A stretch of 63,826 nucleotides of DNA, filler included, from Reclinomonas americana ATCC 50394 (Eukaryota): the NCBI GenBank assembly GCA_048213135.1. It is 20 parts of 20 records of this genome, joined end to end, with 100 filler letters (N's around TTAATTAATTAA, not from the genome) between each part and the next. Parts side by side here need not be neighbours in the genome. Positions count along the whole stretch, not along the records: positions 11,018 to 14,418 come from AFZH01021444.1; positions 14,519 to 17,106 come from AFZH01021445.1; positions 17,207 to 20,672 come from AFZH01021446.1; positions 20,773 to 23,138 come from AFZH01021447.1; 16 more parts are not named here. One strand, 5' to 3'. A program made the translations under genes and the position numbers. Each line of letters begins with the position of its first letter. Position 1 is the stretch's first letter. Shown piece by piece: positions 12,473 to 21,953 of this stretch. Below the pieces are notes generated by a model. The model had not been told where the DNA came from and ran no database searches. It was given only the letters and a program-made list of their open reading frames with translations.

Positions 12473-13597
12473 ATGTCCACTGCTTCTCGCCCTTTCTTCC
12501 ACCTCCAGCGTGTGCTGAAGGGACACAATGAGAGGGTTTTCTGTGTCGCCGTCACTCCCGATGGTCAGCATGTTGTCAGTGGGAGTGCTGATGGTACAGC
12601 TCGGGTATGGTCCTTGGCCAGTGGAGAACAAGTGCGTCTGCCGGGGGGACACACTGACTGGGTGTGCTCTGTCGCTGTCACACCCGATGGGCAGTTCGCT
12701 GTCAGCGGGAGTGTCGACAAGACTGTGATGTGGTCACTGGCGAGTGGCGACGAAGTGCTGCGATTGAAGGGACACACGCATGCGGTGAACTCGGTCGTCG
12801 TCACTCCTGATGGTCAATGCGTGGTGAGCGGCAGTGACGACAAGACTTTGCGCGTGTGCTCCATGGCTGGCAACAAGAAAGCGCGTCGGTTGAAGGGACA
12901 TACTAGCTGTGTGCTCTGTGTCGCCGTCACTCCCGATGGCCAGCATGTTGTCAGCGGGAGTGAGGACAAGACACTACGCGTGTGGTCATTGGCGAGTGGA
13001 AAACTTGTGCGACGGTTGGTGGGGCATACCGATTGTGTGCACTCTGTGGTCGTCACTCCCGATGGTCAGGAGCTGCATCCTGTCACATTCACCGTCGGGT
13101 CAAAACTAATTAGTGGGAGTTACGACAAGACCGTGCGAGTGTGGTCACTGGCGAGTGGGAAAGAAGTGCGACGGCTGGAGGACACAGATTGGGTGCTGGG
13201 TGTCGCCATCACTCCCAATGGTCAGTATATAGTCAGTGGGAGTGTGGATATGACGGTGCGACTGTGGTCTCTGGCGAGTGGCGAAGAGGTGCAACGCTTG
13301 GAGGGACACACTGACTGGGTGTGGTCTGTCGCCGTCACTCCCGATGGCCAGCACATCGTCAGCGGCAGTGATGACAAGACTATTCATGTGTGGTCCACTG
13401 CATGCGGTCTCTCTCAGCTGGAACTCTTCACTGCGCGCTCGGTAATGGAGGCAGTGCGTGAGATGATGCAGCCGCAGCAGGAAGACGAAGAGCCGGACTC
13501 GCGATGCCTGCCTGAGATGGTGCTATGATGCTTCATTGTTGAGGAGGCGGCCGTAGTGGTGCACCGATCCTTCGCCGACCCGGAGATGTATATGTGA
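12473..13597 (+). pseudogene. Intronless WD40 gene, copy B, with TGA at 13526-13528 inside the conserved tail
   Basis: EMVL*CFIVEE versus EMVLRCFIVEE in paralogs; small in-frame deletions; a foreign in-frame insert (ELHPVTFTVGSKL) near 13070-13108. Confidence 0.8.
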
Positions 13598-14027
13598 GGC
13601 ACATGGTGCGAGAGATGCGCTCTTCCCCTCTTCTCGTTCTCCTTCCTTCTTCGCCTGTTCGCTGCTAATTTGTGTCTCTCTTGAGCGAATGCAAGTACCG
13701 CAAAATTAATTGAGCGACACAAGCAGAGAAGCTTTCCACTCATCCCTTGCATGCATCCAGAGATACCTTTCCGTTCAGTCACATACCAATCAGGAAACGT
13801 GCACTCGGACGTCGACTTCGTGAGAGAAGAGGACATTCGTTCCTCAATCTCGCAGCACACGATCCTGCACCCAAGTGCACTGCCTCCAATCACGCACACA
13901 CTGCACATAATTTGCCCTCCATCTCTCAATCGCGCACGCACTGCACACATTTTGCCCCCAATCACGCGACCTCTCCGTCACGCACACATCCATCTCTCTC
14001 CCTTCCCCCTTTATTTCTCTCAAGCCC

Positions 14028-14758
14028 ATGTCCTCTCCTCCCCGCCCAATCCTCCTCTGCCACCGCGTGCTGGAGGGCTTCGCCATGACATCTGCTGCCT
14101 TCACCCCCGACGGTCAATTCGTCGTCACTGGGAGTTGGTACGGAACAGTGCGTGTGTGGTGCGTGGCGAGTGGAGAAGTGGTGCGACGGCTGGAGGCACA
14201 CTACTATCCGGTGAGCTCTGTCGCCGTCACTCCCGACGGGCAGTTCGCCATCAGCGGCTGTGCCGACAAGTTTGTTCGCGTGTGGTCGCTGGCGAGTGGG
14301 AAAGAGGTGCGACGGTTGGAGGGGCACACCGAAGCGGTGAAATCTTTCACCGTCACCCCCGACAGCCTGCACGTGGTGAGCGCGAGCGAGGACAAGACCG
14401 TCTGTGTGTACTCCATTGNNNNNNNNNNNNNNNNNNNNNNNNNNNNNNNNNNNNNNNNNNNNTTAATTAATTAANNNNNNNNNNNNNNNNNNNNNNNNNN
14501 NNNNNNNNNNNNNNNNNNAGTTCGAGTGGAGATGCCACAGTTCGAGTGTGGTCGACGCCGTGCGGTTTTGCGCAGCAGGAGCTTCTCGCGGCGCGGTCGG
14601 CAATGGAGGCAGTACGGGATATGATGCAGCAGCGACAGGAGGAAGAGGAAGAGCCGGACTCCCGATGCCTGCCAGAGATGGTGTTGCGCTGCTTCATTGT
14701 CGAGGAGGCGGCCGTGGTGGTGCATCGAATGCTGGCCGACCCCAAGATGCACCTGTGA
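14028..14758 (+). CDS. Intronless WD40 gene, copy C (interrupted by a gap)
   Basis: Same MSSPPRPILLC start, WD repeats and DSRCLPEMVLRCFIVEEA tail on either side of the gap at 14419-14518. Confidence 0.75.
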
Positions 14759-14957
14759 GCCGAGCTGCAGCTGTGTTTTCTTCCACCTCTCTCCTTCTCC
14801 TCTCCTTCATCTCTCCTGCTCTTTGTCTCCAGTAAGTCTTCTGTATTCTGTGTTGCTCTTCTGCGTGTTTTTGTTGCCTCTCAGTTGTTGATTGCATTCG
14901 AATCTTCCGATATCCTTCCATGTTTATCATCCAGTGCATATTGGCGTCACACGAGTT

Positions 14958-16899
14958 TTATTTCGTTGGTAACACGACAAACGAGCAAAAGAAAATCGCT
15001 TTGCCACCACGTGCAGGCAAAGATTGGATAAGCATGACGGGAACAATGACACTAGGAAGCTCAATGGGCCTCTTGCGCATCAGCGTCCGGTAATAGTCAA
15101 GCCGGTACACCGTGCGCTCCGTAGTCAGCATGTACTGGACAAGGGGCAGCCCCTTGTGCAGTGTCATGCGGTTGGCGGCAAAGACCCGCGCATACGCAGC
15201 CCGCAATGGCCCGTCATCAAACTCTGCCATGTACATGTCGTCGACTGCGATCTGTAGGTGCTCGCGCTCGATCTCCAGCTCACATAGCCGCCTGAACTGA
15301 TCCAAGACGTTCTTCACCTGGCGGTATCGCGTTGCGTTCTCGGAACACCAGGCATGTAAGTCTGGGGCGGCGCGGGCGCAGTCAAAGATTTTGAGGTAGG
15401 TGGCAAGCTCGTCGTCGCCAAAGAACGGCTCGTAGTAGGTCGCAATGTGGGCGTCGACGCGCGCCTGGTACGCCTCCGAGTTTTTCGTTTCGCCCAGTGT
15501 CGTGTTCGGTCTCGGGATCCACGTAAAGGTGACGCCGCCGACGAACGAGTCGATCATCGCCGCCACGGCCATGGCGGAGACCGAGCGGTTCGAGTGGTAG
15601 ATGAGCGAGGCAGCGGGGATGGAGGTGGGCATCCAGGCGGCGAATTTCCCAAAATCGGTCAGCGCACCGCCGGCGCCGTCACCATCGAATACTCCGCGGT
15701 TCGTCAGTACAGCTCGCACCCTCGCGATCCGGCGGAATCCGTCCTCAATAACCAGTACATCGACGGGGTTGATGCTGGCACGCACAAGCCGGATGATGGG
15801 CAGGGCAATGCTAGTGCGGTCCATCATATTGTCGCGAACTTGTCGACAGCACTCCTCGTCAAAAACCTCTCTCGCACACATGCGCACCACCGTGCCGTTG
15901 CACACACGTCCGCATCGTCCGGCCCGCTGGTTCGCCTCGGCCTCCGTCACTGGCACTGTCACCAGCTGCAGCTGGAGCCCGCTCAAAGTGCTATTGATAT
16001 CGGCTGCTCGCGGAATCCGGCCACGTGTCGATGACACCGTCGACGGGGATGGTGACGCTGCTCTCGATACAATTGGTGGCCACGACAATAAAAGGGCGCA
16101 CGCCCTCCGCACGCGACAGATTGTGCACGGCATCCCTCTCCTCCTCGCTGAGACTGGAATAGCAACGGAGGACATCATGCGTCTCCCGGAACTTCTCCGA
16201 TTGCGAGAGAAATGTGGCAATGGTGTCGGCTGCCTCAGTCCCATCGACAAACACCAGCCAGCGCAGACTCCCCGCCTCCACGTGGACGGCAAGCTCCCGC
16301 TCGACACTGCGCATCACATCGACTGCCGAGCTGATCTTTTGAATGTCGTCGACGTAGTGGATTGTCTTGCTGAACGGGCTGACCGCATGATCCATGCGTA
16401 CGTGCTTCACAGCGTCGGCATCGCGGAACAGTGACTGAATGAAGGTGTGGTCGGGCGTCGCCGTCATGAGCACGAGGCGGTGTGCGCGTCGGCCGCGGGC
16501 CATGACCATCAGGAAGAATGCCGTGTCGGAATCCTGGGCATGACACTCGTCGCAGATGACGATGTGCTCCACTAAACTGTCGGCAGACAGCGCCCACTGG
16601 AGAATGGTGCCCGTTGTCGCATAGGTCAGCCGAGAGCCGTGCTCGAGTTCGCCAGGCTCGTAGGTGTGGTTGTACGCGTAGGTAGCCGACTTGCACAAGA
16701 CCTGCTTGACGTTCTTGACACCCGCGATGGTCGGGATGCACACCGTCACACGCTTGTCGGGAAACCGCTCGGCAAGGTGTGGCGGCACACGCAAGGTCTT
16801 GCCCGACCCCGTCGCAGCCTCGACGAGCACAACATCAAACCTGTTGACAGCCTCGGCAATCTCGTCCAGATACGGCTCGATTGTCGCAGCCGACTGCAT
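14958..16899 (-). pseudogene. DExH-box (DEAH/HrpA-like SF2) RNA helicase with a +1 frameshift near 16023; no clear introns
   Basis: Motifs AATGSGKT, ICDECH, MTAT, ATNCIESSVTIP, QRAGRCGR and HA2-like LTDFGKFAAWMP. Skipping one base at 16023 restores VIDTG. Could also be a sequencing error or a 34-nt intron. Confidence 0.8.
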
Positions 16900-17206
16900 T
16901 GCCCTCCTCTCTCTCTCCCTCTCTCGCGGGTGGTGGGTCCTTTTGTGTGTATTCAACCGCGGCTATGGACCTCGACCTGCACTGGAACTCGATGAGACGC
17001 GTCAAGTTTCAATCCAAGCAGGTTTCTGATGCACCTGTCTTCGACGACAACTAGAAATTGTATTACAGCAGTGCAGAGAGGGAGGGAGGGAGGGAGGGAG
17101 GGAGGGNNNNNNNNNNNNNNNNNNNNNNNNNNNNNNNNNNNNNNNNNNNNTTAATTAATTAANNNNNNNNNNNNNNNNNNNNNNNNNNNNNNNNNNNNNN
17201 NNNNNN

Positions 17207-17241
<35 letters not shown>

Positions 17242-17457
17242 CAAGAAGAGAACTGAGTTGAGAATGCCAGCACGTCCCCTCTATGCTCACACTCGAACGC
17301 GTACCCCTAAAACCCACTCAGTGCTCACTGACCAGCATGTGCGTGCTTCGGAATGCTGGCGATACGTCGGTGTCGATGCAGGACAACACAATTAGTGCTC
17401 TCTCTCTCTGTATTGCATCTCACACTCTCCCACTCTCACACTCTCACTTTGCGATCC

Positions 17458-18543
17458 ATGTCCACTCCTTCTCGCCCTATCCTCCTCTGCCAGCACGTCT
17501 TGAAGGGACACGCCTGGGCGGTGATCTCTGTCGCCATCACTCCCGATGGGCAGCATGTGGTGAGTGGTAGCGCTGATGAAACAGTGCGCGTATGGTCACT
17601 GGCGAGTGGCAAGGAGGTGCAGCGAATGGATTCGCACACTGACGAGGTGAACTCAGTCGCCGTCACTCCCGATGGTCAGTTCGCTGTCAGCGGGAGTGAT
17701 GATGAAACAGTGAGGGTGTGGTCGATGGCGACAGGAGAAGAAGTGCAACGGTTGGAGGGACACACGAAAAAAGTTTACTGTGTTGCTGTCTCTCCAGACG
17801 GGCAACTCATCGTGAGCGCGAGTGACGATATGACTGTGCGAGTGTGGTCGCTGGCGAGTGAAAGGGAAGTGCGCCGGTTCGAGGGGCACATGTACTCAGT
17901 CACCGTCACTCCCGATGGCCAGTATGTAGTGGGCGGGGGTGGGGACAAGACAGTGCGAGTGTGGTCTCTGGCGAAAGGCGAGGAAGTGCGACGATTGGAG
18001 GGGCATACGGACTGGGTGGTGTCTGTCGCCGTCACTCCCGATGGCCAGCATGTTGTGAGTGGGAGTTATGACAACACAGTGCGTGTGTGGTCACTGGCAA
18101 GTGGAGAACAAGTGAGACGGCTGGAGCACACAGCTTGGGTGTCTTGTGTCGCCGTCACTCCCAATGGTCAGTTCGTTGTCAGTGGCAGTGAGGATAAGAC
18201 TGTGCGTGTGTGGTCTCTGGCGAGTGGCAAAGAGGTGCAAGGGTTGGAGGGTCACACTGAGGGCGTGGAGTGTGTCGCCGTCTCTCCTGACGGTCAGCAC
18301 ATTGTGAGCTCGAGTGGCCACAGTGACAAGACGATCCGCGTGTGGTCCACTCCATGCGGCCTCGCTCGGCAAGAGCTCCACACAGCGCGCTCGGCGATGC
18401 TGGCTGTTCAAGAGATGCAACAACAACTGGATGAAGTGCCGAACTCTCGATGCTTGCCAGAGATGGTGTTGCGTTGCTTCATTGTCGAGGAGGCCGAGGT
18501 CGTGGAGTATCGCATGCTCGTCGACCCCGGGATGCATCTGTGA
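17458..18543 (+). CDS. Intronless WD40 gene, copy D (intact)
   Basis: Uninterrupted ORF with about 7 WD repeats and the shared tail. Confidence 0.9.
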   Translation: MSTPSRPILLCQHVLKGHAWAVISVAITPDGQHVVSGSADETVRVWSLASGKEVQRMDSHTDEVNSVAVTPDGQFAVSGSDDETVRVWSMATGEEVQRLEGHTKKVYCVAVSPDGQLIVSASDDMTVRVWSLASEREVRRFEGHMYSVTVTPDGQYVVGGGGDKTVRVWSLAKGEEVRRLEGHTDWVVSVAVTPDGQHVVSGSYDNTVRVWSLASGEQVRRLEHTAWVSCVAVTPNGQFVVSGSEDKTVRVWSLASGKEVQGLEGHTEGVECVAVSPDGQHIVSSSGHSDKTIRVWSTPCGLARQELHTARSAMLAVQEMQQQLDEVPNSRCLPEMVLRCFIVEEAEVVEYRMLVDPGMHL

Positions 18544-18818
18544 GCCATTCGATTCAGCTGTGTTTCGTTCTTCATCTTCTTCCCCAGCGTCGACGTCTTC
18601 TGTGTTGTTGCCTGTTGTAATTCCTCTCTTCCGTACAGTAAACCAGGAAGTGCTCATACAAGCGCAAGCTCTCCCCATCTCCTTTCGCAATTACAGTATC
18701 TGCACCATCGCGCTGCACTCACTGAGCAGCAAGTTCGTGCCTTGGCAACGTCGGCAGGCAGACAGGACACCCAATTTCCCTCGCTCTCCTGCCCTCACAC
18801 TCTCTCTCTTTGTGACCC

Positions 18819-19898
18819 ATGTCCACTCCTTCTCGCCCTATCCTCCTCTGCCAGCACGTCTTGAAGGGACACGCCCGGGCGGTGACCTCTGTCGCCATCA
18901 CTCTCGATTGTCAACGCATCATCAGTGGTAGCACCGACAAAACAGTGCGTGTGTGGTCACTGGCGAGTGGCAAGGAGGTGCAGCGAATGGATTCGCACAC
19001 TGACGAGGTGAACTCAGTCGCCGTCACTCCCGATGGTCAGTTCGTTGTCAGCGGGAGTGATGATGAAACAGTGAGGGTGTGGTCCATGGCGACAGGAGAA
19101 GAAGTGCAACGGTTGGAGGGACACACGAAAAAAGTTCACTGTGTTGCTGTCTCTCCAGACGGGCAACTCATCGTGAGCGCGAGTGCCGACAAGACAGTAC
19201 GAATGTGGTCGCTGGCGAGTGGAAGAGAAGTACGACGGTTGGAGGGGCGCATGTTCTCAGTCGCCGTCACTCCCGATGGCCAGTATGTAGTGGGCGGGGG
19301 TGTAGACAAGACGGTGCGAGTGTGGTCTCTGGCGAGTGGCGAGGAGGTGCGAAGGCTGCAGGGTCATGCTGGCTGGGTGATGTCTGTCGCCATCACCGCC
19401 GACAGTCAGTTCATCGTTAGTGCGAGTTACGACAACACAGTGCGTGCATGGTCGCTGGCAAGTGGAGAACAAGTAAGTCAGCTGGAGCACACAGCTTGGG
19501 TGTCTTATGTCGCCGTCACTCCCAATGGGCAGTTCGTTGTCACTGGGAGCTTGGACAAGACCGTGCGCGTGTGGTCTCTGGCGAGTGGCAAAGAGGTGCA
19601 ACAGTTGGAGGGTCACACTGAGGGCGTGCAGTGTGTCGTCGTCTCTCCCGACGGTCAGCACATTGTGAGCTCGAGTGGCCACAGTGAGAAGCTTGAGACG
19701 ATCCGCGTGTGGTCCACTCCATGCGGCCTCGCTCGGCAAGAGCTCTTCGAAGCGCACTCGGCGACGCTGGTTGTTCAGGAGATGCAACAACAACTGGAGG
19801 AAGGGCCGAACTCTCGATGCCTGCCAGAGATGGTGCTGCGCTGTTTCATTGTCGAGGAGGCCGAAGTTGTGGTGCGTCGATCGTTTGCCGATCTGTGA
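18819..19898 (+). CDS. Intronless WD40 gene, copy E (recent duplicate of D)
   Basis: 359-aa ORF with long stretches near-identical to copy D; the tail is 4 aa shorter. Confidence 0.9.
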   Translation: MSTPSRPILLCQHVLKGHARAVTSVAITLDCQRIISGSTDKTVRVWSLASGKEVQRMDSHTDEVNSVAVTPDGQFVVSGSDDETVRVWSMATGEEVQRLEGHTKKVHCVAVSPDGQLIVSASADKTVRMWSLASGREVRRLEGRMFSVAVTPDGQYVVGGGVDKTVRVWSLASGEEVRRLQGHAGWVMSVAITADSQFIVSASYDNTVRAWSLASGEQVSQLEHTAWVSYVAVTPNGQFVVTGSLDKTVRVWSLASGKEVQQLEGHTEGVQCVVVSPDGQHIVSSSGHSEKLETIRVWSTPCGLARQELFEAHSATLVVQEMQQQLEEGPNSRCLPEMVLRCFIVEEAEVVVRRSFADL

Positions 19899-20182
19899 CC
19901 CGGTTGCTGCGGAAGGCTGGAGTCTGCACGCTTCAATAGTTACTCTCCTCTCCTTTGTACTTCTCCTTCTTCTTCATGTCAAGTGGTTGACCCGGGCCCC
20001 GAGATGCGTCCTGTGAGCCTTGATCTCCTTATCGTCTTCTCCGATCGCTTATTGAGGGCTTAGTTAACTATAAAGTATGTTTCTCTGTTGCCGTTCTTTT
20101 GTTGGAAGGGCGGCAGACAACGTCAAAACAATGTGTCCTCTCACGTCCTCCTGCCGCGATCCTTTCCGCTTTTCACGACAGA

Positions 20183-20626
20183 ATGGGTCGCAAGAAGCAC
20201 TACTGCGGTGAGTAAGCCCCTCCAACTTTGCATGAGCAGTGTGTGTGTCCGTGCGTGCGCTTTTGTGTGCCTCTTTGCGCGCGTTAGTTTGTCATGTCAT
20301 GTCGCCTTCTCACTCACTCACTCACTCACACGCGTGTGTGTGCTGCAACGTGCACAGAGTACTGCGACATTTTTCTCACACAGGTACTGTCTTGTGTAAT
20401 GCGCGCGCGTTTGTGTGTGTGTTTGTGAGCGATTGACTGACTTGTGTGCATCATCCAGTTCCGACTGGCCTCCCTGTCTCTCTCTGTGTGTGTCTATTGT
20501 GTGTGTGACTGACTGTGTGTTGTGTGTGTGAAACAGTGACTCGCCGGCTGCGCGGCGGCAGCACATGAAGGGATGGAAGCACAAGGGTAAGGATCAAGAG
20601 TGATGGGGCAAGTTTGTGAGAGTTGT

Positions 20627-20672
<46 letters not shown>

Positions 20673-21638
20673 NNNNNNNNNNNNNNNNNNNNNNNNNNNN
20701 NNNNNNNNNNNNNNNNTTAATTAATTAANNNNNNNNNNNNNNNNNNNNNNNNNNNNNNNNNNNNNNNNNNNNCCCTCTCCCTCTCCCTCTCCCTCTCCCT
20801 CTCCCTCTCCCTCTTCCCTCTCTTCCAATCTCCCTATCCCTCTCCTTCTCCCCCTCCTCCCTGTCCCTTTCCCTGCTTTCTCACCCTCCCCCTCTCCACA
20901 GTCAACGTGCGCGCCTACTACAGCCAGTTCCTGCCCGCGCAGGGAGCCCTGGCTGCGCGCGCGCTGCAAAACTTTGACGCGCAAGCTGGTGAGTCAAGAA
21001 TGTCCTTTTTCTGCTACTTCTTCTTCTTCTTCATCCCTCTCACCCACCTCTCGCTCTCTCGTGAACAGGTCGTGGAATGATGGGTGGTCCGCCCGGCGGC
21101 ATGCCTCCGCGCCCACCATACGGTGCATCCGTTGTCGTCTAGCTTCCCTCTTTTTTCTGTAATTCCCCTCCCCACTCACTCGTGATGGTGCACGCAGGCG
21201 GTCCCCCGCCACCGGGCATGGGGTACGGTTCATCCATGCCGCCGCCACCGCCACCGCCGTTGGGCAGCGGAATGGGCGCAGTGGGCATGGGCGGCCCTCC
21301 GGGATACCCGCGTCCGGGAATGCCCTACCCGCCGCCACCGCCGCCTGGAATGGTGCGTTGATCGTGAATGTTGTTGACATGTATCTGTTCTTCTCACATC
21401 TCGTCCAGGCTGGCATGCCGCCCATTCCACCTCGACCGCCGGGTGCGCCGTGGCCACCAATGGGCATGCCTATGCCACCATTCCCGCCCGGCGCAGGTGC
21501 TCCGCCGCCGCCGCCGCCTCCTCAGCAAATGCGCAGCGCGTCGAATAGCCACGGTGACGCACCGGGTGAGTAATGTGCTGGAATAGTTAGTGTTGTTGTT
21601 TTTTTGTTGCTCACGGTCCTGGTGCTGCAGGTCTGTAA
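20183..21638 (+). CDS. SNRPC: U1 snRNP protein C
   Basis: Spliced product [43 protein letters not shown] matches the U1-C zinc finger ([20 protein letters not shown]...KH...NV..YY), followed by a Pro/Gly/Met-rich tail. Requires the complex intron at 20383-20536. Confidence 0.92.
20383..20536 (+). other. Putative [D1,2] spliceosomal twin intron (stwintron) in U1-C
   Basis: Internal intron 20384-20458 (GTACTG...CTGAC...CCAG). Its removal joins G20383 to TTCCG, giving the donor GTTCCG of an external intron ending CTGAC...ACAG at 20536. The product CA|T GAC restores the conserved His-Asp. Confidence 0.8.
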
Positions 21639-21671
21639 AGCGCACACTGGCAACAGCGAATGTTTGTCTGT

Positions 21672-21704
<33 letters not shown>

Positions 21705-21953
21705 CGCAGTGTTGGGGGTGGGAACGAGGTCGCAGAAACGTGTTGAAGAAAATGTACCGCGGAATACTGTGTAAGTATTAGGGAATGACTTTGCGCATAC
21801 GAGAGAGGAGTCCTGGAGGACGTTCACTGTAACAATCACCACAGGTGTGTGGCGAGGGGAGAGAGGGAGGCAAAAAGTAATTGACAAGAGGAGAGGGGAG
21901 AGAGCGAGGCAGAAAAATTAGCAGAAAAGCTCGATCCGGATTCTAGGGAAATG

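Noticed and set aside
11721..13528. Stop-codon reassignment or selenocysteine suggested by in-frame TAG and TGA
   Set aside because: Two isolated cases in redundant paralogs, each explainable by a single substitution. Conserved genes show no internal stops, and TAA, TAG and TGA all terminate gene models here.
11043..19898. CRISPR-like or DGR-like array suggested by ~126-bp periodic repeats
   Set aside because: The periodicity is the coding WD40 unit. There are no unique spacers, cas genes or reverse transcriptase, and no evident adenine-specific variation.
20383..20384. A true GG-AG non-canonical intron in U1-C
   Set aside because: The internal branch point and acceptor, plus the rebuilt GT donor, explain the junction with two canonical steps.
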